Both the position numbers and the translations under genes were made by a program. 64,000 nt of DNA from Octopus vulgaris (lineage: Eukaryota). The stretch lies in NCBI GenBank assembly GCA_951406725.2, contig OX597816.1, positions 180,110,001 through 180,174,000 of the forward strand, given 5' to 3'. Under the pieces are notes generated by a model, which was not told the DNA's origin, did no database searches, and saw only the letters and a list, made by a program, of their open reading frames with translations. Position 1 is the stretch's first letter, and each line of letters opens with the position of its first letter. Shown here in pieces: positions 26,384 to 38,175 of this stretch.

Positions 26384-27495
26384 TCATATATATATATATA
26401 TACATTTATACATGCACGTCGTTGTATATATGCATGTATATATACACACACACATATATATACATATATATATACATATATACATATATATATACACATA
26501 CATATATGTACGTATATATATCATATATATACATATACGCACGTACACGCATAACATATATATACATACGTAAGCGCGTACATAGTTTTATATATATACT
26601 TCTCCCTCCCTCTTCATAAATGCGTGTGTGTGTAAGCACTTATTTCGGTGTATGTTTGTGAAAAGAAGGGGAGGGAGGGGTCTCGAGAGAGGGTGAGGGT
26701 GGGTGAGATAATATCACCGAAGTATCACCCGATAAGAGTTATTTGTGACAGTGAAAATGCCTCCAGAGCGCTCCTTAAAAGTACCGCTGCATGCTTGAGA
26801 TCATTCATATCTGCATACATACAACTGGTGTACCTGCTTGATGTATCCGGCCCTGCGTATCTCTGTGTGTGTACGTGTATGTGTGCGTGCGAGGAGGAGT
26901 GTATGTGTGTGTGTGTGTGTGTGTGCTTGTCTTTTTTTATGGGGCACAGGTGTGTAATACTAGACGGCCCTGAATAGACAAAGCCTAAGCGTTAGATCTC
27001 TCCCCTGTTTCTCACGGGTTGATCCAACGTTTGAACTTTCGAATGTCTGCGTGTGTGCGAGTGTGCGTGTATGTGTGTGAGTGTATGTATGTATGTATGT
27101 ATGTATGTATGTATGTATGTATGTATGTATGTATGTATGTATGTATATGTATATGTATTTATATTAAGAGCATTACAATACATAAATGCCTCACGCTAGG
27201 AGGGACTCTTAAAGTCAAAACTACCATAACAAATGTGTTTATTTATTATGGTAGTTTTGACTTTAAGAGTCCCTCATAGCGTGAGACATTTATGTATTGT
27301 AATGCTCTTAATATAAATAAATATATTTAAGAGGAATAATTGATGGACTTTTCCCTTATGAGGTTTTTCACGCTAACTACTTGATAAATTCTTATAAAGA
27401 TTTTTCAATTGTATATGTATGTATATGTATATATATGTATGTATATGCACATATATTTACATACGTACATATACAACAACAACACACAGAGGATA

Positions 27496-27543
<48 letters not shown>

Positions 27544-27810
27544 TGAGTGCTGGTTAAAATTACAATTTTAATATAATTTTAAGCATAATAACAGAACATT
27601 TATTGGTGTTGAGACTCAAAACTAAAAGCAGAGACCAACTTCGTTTTGATTAGTACTTTATGAAATAACCGTTATGCGAAGCATTAAGTCCTACTCAAAG
27701 TGAATATTATCTCATGGGCGTCCGAGAAAGACGGTTCTGCGATTTCTTGCCAATCAAGCTGCACAAATGAATCATTTTTAGTGATCAAATGCATGTACTA
27801 TACATTAGCT

Positions 27811-28029
27811 CAATGGTTTTCAACCAGGGTTCCGTGGAACCTTAGGGTTCCGCCAGTACAGTCCAGGGGTTCCGCAAGAAGTTACAAAACTGCTAAAATC
27901 GGCAGTAATTTTTAATTCTCCTGCGCAGATATGTGTGCATAAGACTATTAAATTATTGCACAGGGGTTCCTCGAGCCAGTGGAATGTTTCCTTGGGGTTC
28001 CACTCCAGCAAAAAGTTTGAAAAGCACTG
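27811..28029. mobile_element. hAT/Charlie MITE
   Basis: TIRs caatggttttcaa / ttgaaaagcactg and an 8-bp TSD cattagct (27803-27810, 28030-28037). Confidence 0.9.
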
Positions 28030-28410
28030 CATTAGCTCATCCCTCCATGAAATCGGCGTTGCCTGAACAGGTGCACAGTTTTACCACATGTCTGGTGCCA
28101 TATTGACAGCAGAGCAACATGAGATGAAGTGTTTTGCTTGAGAACACAACGCGAGCGTGTACACACACGCGCACACAGACACACGCATACGCACATGCAC
28201 ACATACGACGGTCTTCTTTGAGTGTCTGCTTACTAAGTCCATTCACAAGGCATTGGTCGGCCTGAGGCTATAGAAGACGCTTGTCCAAAGTGCCACTCAA
28301 TGGGACTAAATCCGTACTATATGGTTGAGAAGCAAGTTTCTTATCACACAGCCACGCCAGCGCCCAAAAATAGTTCTCTCGCACGCACAAACACACACAC
28401 ACACACACGC

Positions 28411-28462
<52 letters not shown>

Positions 28463-28467
<5 letters not shown>

Positions 28468-28980
28468 AAGTTAATCCAAACATGAAAACACAAAGAGAAA
28501 ACACAACAGCGCGAGGACGTGGAACAAGTATAGTATTATTGGACGCTCAGGAAAGAAGGAGGATTTAACGTTTCGAGCGGAGCTCTTCGTCGGAAACATA
28601 GGAAAAGGAAAGATCCAGAGAAGGAAAGACGGAGGAAAAAAATCGCCAACGGTACACACACGGTCACATGCATAAACATGTGTGCGTGTGTATACATATA
28701 ATACACGTGCGTATGTTTGTACGTACGTACGTACGTACGTATGTATGTATGTACGTATGTATGTATGTATGTTCCTGTCATTTCAATATGTGACCGCGTG
28801 TGTATCGTTGCCGCTTTCTCCGCCTTCCCTTCTTTGGACTTTTTCTATATTTCTGATCAAGAGCTCCGCTCGAAACCTGAAATCCTCTTTCTTTTCTTTC
28901 CTTTCCTGAGCGTCCAATAATACTGTACTTATTCCACATCCTCGAATTGTTGTTTTTTCTTGCCTGTTCATGTTTGGATT
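28463..28980. mobile_element. Inverted pair of about 200-bp Penelope-pLTR-like units embedded in (TA)n
   Basis: 28470-28669 is a diverged inverted copy of 28788-28980. Each unit carries a hammerhead-like core. Confidence 0.7.
28563..28597 (-). ncRNA. Minimal hammerhead ribozyme-like motif
   Basis: GUUU CCGACGA A GAGC-UCC-GCUC GAAAC GUU AAAU, with a degenerate partner copy at 28849-28883 (+). Confidence 0.5.
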
Positions 28981-29003
28981 ATATATATATATATATATAT
29001 ATA

Positions 29004-29383
29004 CTAGCAGTATCGCCCAGCGTTGCTCAGGTTTGTAAGGGAAATAACTATAAAGCATTTTTAGAGAGTTATAGCCAAAAAATAGCAAAAAAATGGAAAA
29101 AAATGATGGTAAATTTTTTTTTGAGATTTAAAAAAAGGTGGAGTTGCGTCCCCTAGACAGTTTGTGGTTTGTGTTTCTGATTCTCGACCCCATGTCGAAT
29201 TTATCGATTTTTTTCAGAACTGGGGGAACTTTTCAAAATTTTCGCTTCGTTAGTTTTGAATTATGACATTGGGCTATGTGTGTGTCAAGTTTCATCAGAG
29301 TCGGTTGAAAGCCGTGGTCAGGGCGAGGGTACAAGCAAACAGACACACAGAAACACGCACAGACAAACTGCCGTTTATATAGA
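29004..29383 (-). mobile_element. Non-autonomous Helitron
   Basis: On the minus strand: 5' TC, 3' hairpin ctgagcaacgctgggcgatactgCTAG. Same 3' end as 51189-51823. Inserted in (TA)n. Confidence 0.8.
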
Positions 29384-29404
29384 TATATATATATATATCT
29401 CATA

Positions 29405-29909
29405 TCTATAAAAGGGAGGATGTGTGTGCTGTGTGTGTGTACGTGATTGTAATTTATGCACGTCCACAAATTAGCAGGCATGTCGCTCAAATTTTAGGAG
29501 GACATTTGTCAACATCCTATCTGGGTTTTGTCGACTTATTTTTTTCCTCGGGGCACCCGTGGGTAGCATAAATATCTATTTTCAGACATAGCGTTTAGCC
29601 ACGAAAAATATCAGCCTTGGCTTTTTTGATGGCGTCTAATAAAAAAAAATAAGATATAGAAAAGTGGAAGAAGGAGGCAGAGAGTTTCACAGGAAAGACA
29701 AAGTGAGAGAGGGAGAGACAGAGAGAGTAAGTTATCCGTTGAAATTAGTTATATTATATATTATATATAATATATATATATAATATAACTAATTTAAACG
29801 GATTTCGCCCAAATTTGACGTCTATATTACTTAGTTTGGTTTGAAATAAAGATCTTGATTAGCTTAATAATCGTAACTTAATCCCAGGTAAGGCCGGGTT
29901 ATACTGCTA

Positions 29910-29910
<1 letters not shown>
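29405..29910 (+). mobile_element. Non-autonomous Helitron
   Basis: 5' TCtataaaa...; 3' cccaggtaaggccggg hairpin then atactgCTAG, between A and T. Confidence 0.78.
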
Positions 29911-29951
<41 letters not shown>

Positions 29952-30049
29952 ATAAAAACGGTAAGACAACAAAAGAATAAAAGAGACCTTGATATTATGT
30001 AGAGGAATTTATCTGTAAATGTAATATGTGACAATTATTCGGTAGCCAT

Positions 30050-30112
30050 GATAAAACTGAAGAGATGGCGGCGTGGATTTCCACCTCGGCATCCGAAACT
30101 CGGAGTTTTATC
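30050..30112 (+). ncRNA. Hammerhead ribozyme-like motif inside a perfect 48-bp inverted repeat
   Basis: CUGAAGA (30057) + GAUG...GUGG AUUU CCAC...CAUC + C GAAAC UCGGA GUU. Flanking arms 30011-30058 and 30104-30151. Confidence 0.5.
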
Positions 30113-30148
30113 ATGGCTACCGAATAATTGTCACATATTACATTTACA

Positions 30149-30238
<90 letters not shown>

Positions 30239-30959
30239 TGTATGTATGTATGTATCGGCGTGTATGAGAGTGTGTGTGTGTACGTGTGTGTGGGGGGTGC
30301 GTGTGGGGTGCGTGTGGGGTGCGTGTGTGTGGGTATATACATTATATAATATGTGTGTGTGTTTATGTATATATGTCTGCGTATGTATATTTGTATATAC
30401 AGCTAAACATGGACTATTGGCGAAAGAACATAACTCCATAATGCATATCGTTGTGGTTGACCGCCATACATATCTAGGACAATAAAAGTCTGCAAAATCT
30501 CAACATTTTAAGAATTACTCATTTTCCAAAGATTTACAAAAAGAAAGTAGACCCACTTTTTAACATATCCTTTCTTTACAATCTTGTCGCCGAAAATGAG
30601 GCCGTTCAAACTACATTCTAAAACCCCTACCGTTGTGATAAGAACGATTTGGAAGATGTGAGAATAATGTAGTAAGAAAGTCTAGGCAGAGCTGAGAAAA
30701 AAGGAAGCCCCCTCCCCACTCTGCACGGGAGTGTTTCAACTCTTAACCCCTTATGCTCTAAGGAGCTTTCAGGTCGTGGCTTCTCGATACCCCTCTGCTA
30801 CTACATTCTATCTATGTTATATGTCTGTCTATTTTTTATTGCAACCCTCCTGCGTGATTAAAGTGCCCCAGATCCAACTTTCCTTATATACTTTGGATTT
30901 GGAGCAGCTTACCGTCATCGAAAGGGAGAGAATATGTGGATAATACATTTCTAAGCCTA

Positions 30960-31140
30960 TCTCCAGGACTAATCATTGCTATTTTCAGCAATATTTGTTG
31001 GATACAAAAGTAGAATGTGGAAACCTGGCTTATAACTGTAATGTGCATCGGCTTAGTCAAAGCTCGATGCTGGAAAGAGTATTTTCATTGCATGGGAAGT
31101 GGCAATCCCTTAAACAAAAGCAGGATAATGTATTTATGGG
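30960..31140 (+). pseudogene. hAT (GTF2IRD2/SPIN-like) transposase fragment
   Basis: HCYFQQYLLDTKVECGNLAYNCNVHRLSQSSMLERVFSL resembles HRQF..FL......YGDL.Y..EVRWLSRG.ML.R.F.L. Confidence 0.7.
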
Positions 31141-31401
31141 TTTGACTAAATCATGGATGGTAAAACTAATTTGTATGCCGTAGACTAACAATGTTTATTA
31201 TCACCCCCACCTGCTCCCTGGTGCCTTTAGCTGAGTTCGTTCTGTTGCAAGCGCTTGGTCCGGATCTCCGGTTAGTAGATAACTTTCTCCTTTTTCACAT
31301 TAAACACGGATGTCCTGGAGATAAAAATGACGTACATAAGTACTGCCCTCGTCTTTATGACTAAGCAGTAGAAAAGTCAAAGTTTAAACAAAAATAGGAT
31401 G

Positions 31402-31561
31402 CATTATTTACATTGGACGGATATTTGTCCTCATCTTGTTTGTTGTTAACACAACGTTTCGGCTAATATACCCTCCTCCAGCATTCATCAGGTGTCTTGG
31501 GGGAAATTTCGAACCTGGGTTCTCATTTCTAAGGTATTTTTCGATGTTATTATTATTATTA

Positions 31562-31602
<41 letters not shown>

Positions 31603-31701
31603 CAGGTCACTGCCTGGAATCGAACTCGGAATCTTGCGCTTAGTAGCCCGCGTTCTTAACCACTACACCCAAGATTCCGAGTTCGATTCGAGGCAGTGAT
31701 A

Positions 31702-31756
<55 letters not shown>

Positions 31757-31969
31757 CAACAACAACAACATCGAAAAATACCTTAGGAATGAGAACCCAA
31801 GTTCGAAATTTCCTCAAGACACCCGATGAAGGCTGGAGGGTGTATCAGCCGAAATGTTGTATTATCAACAAACAAGACGAGGACAAATATCTGTCAAATG
31901 TAAATAATGTAAATAATGTAAATAATGTAAATAATGTAAATAATTCCTCATTTCTTAAATATGAACTGG
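31402..31969. mobile_element. Head-to-head pair of a tRNA-headed, hammerhead-bearing short retroelement inserted as one unit
   Basis: The minus copy (31402-31666) has an A box (tagtggttaag) and a B box (gttcgattcc). The plus copy (31668-31969) is 5'-truncated and ends in (aatgtaaat)n. 12-bp TSD aaaaataggatg at 31390-31401 and 31970-31981. Confidence 0.85.
31448..31496 (-). ncRNA. Minimal type-I hammerhead ribozyme with intact core
   Basis: GACAC CUGAUGA A (U)GCUG...UAGC(C) GAAAC GUU GUGUU: 5-bp stem I, canonical CUGAUGA/GAAA core and palindromic AACGUU stem III. The partner at 31818-31863 has stem II GGCUG/CAGCC. Confidence 0.65.
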
Positions 31970-32036
31970 AAAAATAGGATGATTGCGTCTTGAACGATTT
32001 CAGTTACTCGTCTTTTCGATCAAGAATCCTCTAGAG

Positions 32037-32329
32037 AATGGGTTCCCAAACTTTTGTGGCTGTCACCCCCTTGGCACCCAGGCCACAATCGTAGCATCCA
32101 CTTCCACTCACCAACTGAAACACAGACCACTTTCTGAAGCAGATTCGATACAACTGTATTTCACAAATAAAACATAACCTAATTAACCCGTTGTTTTGTT
32201 GTTTTTAGGTCTATCGCTCCCTTTTTGCCTCCTTATTATCGCCCTACTTTTCTTCGACGCCTTCCTGGATCTTTCCACCGCCCCCAGGGCAAGGAGTGGG
32301 GACAGTACCACATACTTTGGGAACCACTG
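32037..32329. mobile_element. hAT/Charlie MITE
   Basis: Ends (aatg)ggttcccaaa / tttgggaaccactg, with a near-perfect 8-bp TSD ctctagag / atctagag. Confidence 0.85.
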
Positions 32330-32562
32330 ATCTAGAGTTAAACGCCGGCAACAACAAGAACGATATTCAACTTGACCTGGGACCTTTCGGTCATTTTTTT
32401 CCCTACGTATTACTTACACCGCCAAACAAACGAGTCCAATATTTTCTCTCGTCTTACCATTACAACCAACTGGGAAGTAGTTGCTTCTTTCATCTCAAAT
32501 CATACAACAATACAAATTTAAACATCAACCATTAACCTCAGGCATCTATCAAAATTCTTTGT

Positions 32563-32728
32563 AGGCGCAGGAGTGGGTGTGTGGTAAGTAGCTTGCTAAC
32601 CAACCACATGGTTCCGGGTTCAGTCCCACTGCGTGGCATCTTGGGCAAGTGTCTTCTGCTATAGCCCCGGGCCGACCAATGCCTTGTGAGTGGATTTGGT
32701 AGACGGAAACTGAAAGAAGCCTGTCGTA

Positions 32729-32781
<53 letters not shown>

Positions 32782-32992
32782 ATGTGTGTGTTTGTGTTTG
32801 TCCCCCTAGCATTGCTTGACAACCGATTCTGGCATGTTTATGTCCCTGTCACTTAGCGGTTCGGCAAAAGAGACCGATAGAATAAGTACTGGGCTTACAA
32901 AGAATAAGTCCTTGGGTCTAGTTGCTCGACTAAAGGCGGTGCTCCAGCATGGCCGCAGTCAAATGACTGAAACAAGTAAAAGAGTAGAAGAG
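32563..32992 (+). mobile_element. Family A SINE, full length
   Basis: Same structure as 20057-20462. Confidence 0.92.
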
Positions 32993-33352
32993 AGAGTTGC
33001 TGTTGTAGTAGTCGTCGTCATTATCATCATCATCATCATCGCCGTCGGCGTTATTGTTGTTGTACGATGCGGTAATAGTTGTAGTGGTAATGTGTTATAG
33101 ACGTGGTTGGCTGTTTAATCCCAGATCATCTTTTGTTGTAGAAGACGTATGAAAAGGAGTTCAAGCCCTGAGCATTCTTTTCTCCCTCTCACAATTATTT
33201 TAAAGTTGTACTATAATCTAAAATTACATTATTTTATGTGTCCTTCACTTTTAAGATTTTTGGGCGGGTGTGATTTAAAGAAGATTTAGCTATTACTGTT
33301 ACTGTGTACTGACGAGCGGGTGTGTTTACAAAGAAAAGTGCTCAATAGTCAA

Positions 33353-33848
33353 ATTACATGGAAAAATGCGAGCATGAAAAGTAATATTCTTAAGATTATA
33401 AACCTGGAAAAGTACAGGACAAGTTCTTACACCTGTAAAAGTATAGGACAAATTATTACTTCAAGTAAAGAATAAGAAACATTTTACTTGAAATATTGCA
33501 GCAACGAATGCCAGTTTTTCTAATTTATCGCTCTTTACAGTTTTCATCTTTTAAATTTATTATACAAAACTGTTCAGCTAATTTGTAAGTTTGTCTAATT
33601 AGTCACTTTTTTCTGTATTTAAGGTAGTAAATTAGCCAAATTCTAATTAAATAAGTATAATGTTATTTGTAAAAAATAATAAAATAAATTTAATTTTAGC
33701 TGCAAAATTTTAAGTAAAAAGTTTCTTATTCTTTACTTGAAGTAATAGTTTGTCCTATACTTTTATAGGTGTAAGAACTTGTCCTGTACTTTTCCTGGTT
33801 TATAATCTTAAGAATATTACTTTTCATGCTTGCATTATTCCATGTAAT
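33353..33848. repeat. Fold-back element / MITE with about 150-bp inverted arms
   Basis: 33353-33502 is a close reverse complement of 33699-33848 around an AT-rich spacer. Confidence 0.85.
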
Positions 33849-35565
33849 CCATGATTTTTCCAGGCATTGCTTTTATAAGATAATTAATAATGTTTCAATT
33901 AATAATTTAAGATTTAACCTTATAAAATACTGAAAGATAATATTTCAATTTTTCCATGTTTAATTAAATATATTTTGTGATTGAATCATTTGACATTATC
34001 TATCCACACCAAATTAATGGCAGGGATTTTTACCATGTTGTTGGTTGCACAATGGCTCACCAAAAGGTACAAACAAACAACACCCCAAAACCATCAGTTA
34101 CCAGGCTCACCTTAAGTAACCTGATTTTGCAATAAAAATTACAATTATTGGACCTTCAATTTTATGTAAATATTTGGTTTTTCATAAATTAAAACCATTT
34201 TATAAACCCCCAAAAATCATTTTTAATTTCCAGGGCAGCCAAAGTATCCCCTTGTCTAATAGGGGGATACTTTGGCTGCTATTTTTCGCCTGTCGAGCGA
34301 CCAGATAGAGCCTCTTTCATTGGTTCGATTGTGTAATGAGATTTTTTTTACAAATATATGTAATATGTAAATATATCATCGGCAGAAGTTAGAGAGTAAG
34401 TCAAAAGCTGAGAGTTTCGTGTATTGACACTTGCCAAACACGAATTTGTCCAATGTCACTCTGTAACTTCTGACGAAATAACTTCTAAAATACAAAATTT
34501 TGTCCAAAACACTAAGAGTAAACCCTGTTCTCTGTGACACATTCTACCAGCATCGGAAGTATAAAAGTGTTGTTAAAAAATAACCAATGAAATAATCTGT
34601 ACGTCAAAGTCGGCCTCGGCGAAATTTGAACTTAAAAGCGTAAACACGATTAAGTATTTTACCCGGTGCCTTAACGTTTGTGCCAAGTCGCCACCTTTCC
34701 AAGTAAGCATTGATTTTTTAGAAATATATTCTTTATTCTTATAGCTGAAACGTTACTCCCTTACTTACTAACAGGAAATTTCGTAACATTTTACCTCATA
34801 ACTGTTTTTGTACTAAATTTTATTCAATGCGACTAGTGATTCTGAATTCCTCATGCATATTTCTATCATTTAAGCCTAAGAAAAGTATACTTTTAATCTA
34901 AAATTGAAAGGTTTATGTTAATTGAAGGTGAATATGTGCCTTACTGCCCCCCTTGGGGTCGCAGATATTTTGATGTAACTTTTCTTCTACTGAACCAAAT
35001 TTCAAACTATTTTTGCCAAAGTGTAGCTGAGGCGGTGTCCTCTTTAAAACCGTCAACAGTTTGAAATTTAGTTGAGAACTGAATTAGTGGTGAAGTTTGG
35101 AAGCTGCTACGATTGACGAAATGATGGACTTAAGAATATATATTCAACCACTACCGTGGTTGACTGATTATTGCATGTTGAGTTTTATTAACATCTGTTA
35201 CAACGAACCAGTGATATGTGCTCTACGTCAAGACAACTGGCAACCTTTTTGCAAATTTCAAGTTATTTAAAACAGACGTAATGTGTAGACATAAATGCAA
35301 AGTTTGCAACCTTATCGGGATCCTGAAGATATGAAGTATCCATTTTTTTTTCTTTTAAGGACCTTCGACTTAGCCAACGTACATTGCTGCTATTAGTCAG
35401 ATCCCGACACTCTTCATTTGTATCCAACAAATACCGATAAATCTGGGAATGATTTAATCATTGAGAGAGGTTTAGATTCGCTGTCTTCACAAACATGTCC
35501 ATAACATTCTTTAATTCTAAAGATTTGGCATATAGTGCCTCTTGATGAATAATACAATAAATCTT

Positions 35566-35753
35566 TTCTACCGAAATTTGGGGGGAGGGCCAGCCGATTA
35601 GATCAACCCCAGTACGCAACTGGTACTTAATTTATCAACCCCGAAAGGACGAAAGGCAAAGTCGACCTCAGCGGAATTTGAACTCAGAACGTAAAAACAA
35701 ACGAAATAAGCATTTCGCCCGGTGTGCTAACGTTTCTGCCAGCTCGCCGCCTT
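35566..35753 (-). mobile_element. Family B SINE whose TSD is split by a Helitron
   Basis: TSD taatacaataaatctt at 35550-35565 and 37352-37367. Confidence 0.85.
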
Positions 35754-35754
35754 A

Positions 35755-37351
35755 TCTCTCTCTCTATAAAACTGAGAATGTGTGTCTGTCTGTCTGTCTG
35801 TGTGTTTCCCTAAAACTTGAGAACTACACAACCAATTTCATTCAAATTTTACACATGCCTTACTTAGGGTCCATGTAGCTTCATGGGCAAAAAAAAATGT
35901 TCAACTTCTTGCCTAGGGCGAACCCATAGCAATATCATATCTTCTCCACTATTTCAGTATTACGTGTTAAAAGTGAAACAAAAACATTTCTCTATTTTAT
36001 GTCAGATACTTTCACTTTAACAATAAAAATTAGAGATAATAATAAAAATTGAATTATATGTAGTAAGTAATAATTAAAATCAAACTAAATTAAATCGTAA
36101 CATAACAAAAGTAAAAATAGCAATTGGTATAAAATTGCATCAATGACTTGAACTTAAATAAATGGTTTCACATGAATGGGAATAAATTAAAAATAAAATT
36201 AGCGTGCAGAAATGGAATAGTCCAGATGGTGGTGTGCACATACCCTTTACCACGGCTTTTACATTAGATTATCTGCTAATTAGCTAGCATTAAGTATCTA
36301 TATGAAGTTTGGCTGTATGTAATGTCTGTTTTCTCGAACAGCCGCTTCTACTGAGTACTGCTGTTGGTTTATTTCTTATACATAAAGGACTATAGCTTCA
36401 ACTGCGTACTGCATTTTGATTCACCGTAAGGTTTGTTGTTATTATTGTTACTGTTTAACTATTGTTATTACGTTTGTTGGTTCCTCGTAAGGGAAACGTT
36501 GTTGTGTTGCATTTGTTAAATAATTGTAAACTGTAACCCTCCTCCTTTGGGAGAAGGAGCTTTGGTTATTGTTTAAAAATTGAATTGTGTCCCTGTTTGG
36601 GGAAATTGACAATATTTTCACCGTTTACACGGAAGCATTTTTGTTAGAATGCCTTCGATAGAAGAAAGTCCAAAAATGAATTTCGCTGCAGCCGTCGGCG
36701 CGAACTCATTAAAATTAAAATGGAAGAAATACAAACCTATTTCGGATTGATCACCGACAAAGACGGTGAATCTAGGATAACACCACCAAACGAAATAAAA
36801 AATTAAATTAAAGAAAAGACTATTGTCTATAAAGTATACAATGTAGAAAAAAAAAGATTTGAACACCTGAAGGAAAGCACCATCAAAAAGTGTCTTGGTG
36901 CGACTATGAAAGATATCTAACCAGAGGCGGTAAATTCGCCACAATAGAAGCAAGGTTCGAGTCAACGGAGCGTGCAAGGGAGTACTCGACTCGAACCTTG
37001 CAAAGTGGAAATATTTTATTTTTACTTCTATATCTGGGACGTAGAACGTCCCGGATAAAAATTTAAAATCTCCCCCCAGAAGTAGATGTAGGCTGGATTG
37101 TAGCCACACTTCTATACAAGAGGGAGGACAAGATACAATTGATCGAAATTACAAGAGACGGGCCTACAATTCCAGTCTGTTATATATTTTGATTATTGTT
37201 ATCACTAGCGATATCAAGATATAACTTTGTATTTAGTATTTTATGTGTAGATGTATATATATAGATGTACATGCAATATGTACACATATATATATACATA
37301 TATATACATGCACTAGCACTATGACCCGGCAACGACGAGTCATAATGCTAG
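35755..37351 (+). mobile_element. Non-autonomous Helitron (about 1.6 kb)
   Basis: 5' TC after A, 3' hairpin plus CTAG before T, no TSD of its own, (gtct)n near the 5' end. Confidence 0.82.
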
Positions 37352-37439
37352 TAATACAATAAATCTTAATTAGATTCTGTCGTCTTCGAGGCCATGTGTT
37401 TGTGCTCTCAGGGACGCATTGATACTGTTCTTTCTACTT

Positions 37440-37620
37440 CTGTCCCATCACTGCTGCTGCCCTATCAGTTGTGATTGTAAATAATTTCCACGAACGAAGT
37501 TTCATTTCCGAAATACATTTTCAACGAAGTTTTTAAATCGCCAGCATTAGTACACGTGTCCTTCAGCAGAATTAACTAAATTAACTCTTTGTAAATATTC
37601 AAATTTAAAATCGTGACTTA
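37440..37620 (-). pseudogene. hAT transposase fragment
   Basis: Minus frame WKLFTITTDRAAAVMGQK resembles the hAT ITTDGAPAM.G motif. Confidence 0.6.
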
Positions 37621-37749
37621 CATTTTGAGATCTCGAGTTTTTGCTCTTTTAAAGCACAACTAAAAAAGTTGCTATATTGGGATTTGTTTTAACGAAGTTT
37701 TTAAGATACTTATTTAAAAGTTTTAACATTTGCAGATATTTCTTCAATT

Positions 37750-38175
37750 GGATCTTTTCGGTTTGAACGGCAGTTTTTTTTAAAATAATTTCTAGGTAAC
37801 TAAACACTTTTAAACTTCGTATACTGGTAGAATGTGTTTATAAAACATCTTTTTCTCTTGTCTTTATTGAGAAAGTTCTATAGTTTGTAAGATATTTGTT
37901 GTTTATTTTTCTTCAATTTCTGCAATTTCAACCAATCAATGACGTCTATTGAGGTGAAAACATTCTGTGCCGTATGAATATGTCCCTCGTTTAAGAAACA
38001 GATTGGGTTTATTTACATTTCTGAAGAAAAAAGATACCCTTCCCCCCACCCCTAACCCTAACCCTAACTAACCCTAAGTCTAAATGAGATTGAAATGCAA
38101 TAGATCGATATTAGGGTCATAATTATGGGTGACAATTTCATATGACACCGCTAGAAAAAACTGCCGTTCAAACCG
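37750..38175. mobile_element. Non-autonomous DNA element with about 20-bp inverted ends and internal (CCCTAA)n
   Basis: ggtttgaacggcagtttttt (37760) vs aaaaaactgccgttcaaacc (38155-38174); ccctaa x3-4 at 38050-38077. Confidence 0.7.

Noticed and set aside
38050-38077. (CCCTAA)n as an interstitial telomere
   Set aside because: Only 3-4 units, lying inside an element with inverted ends.
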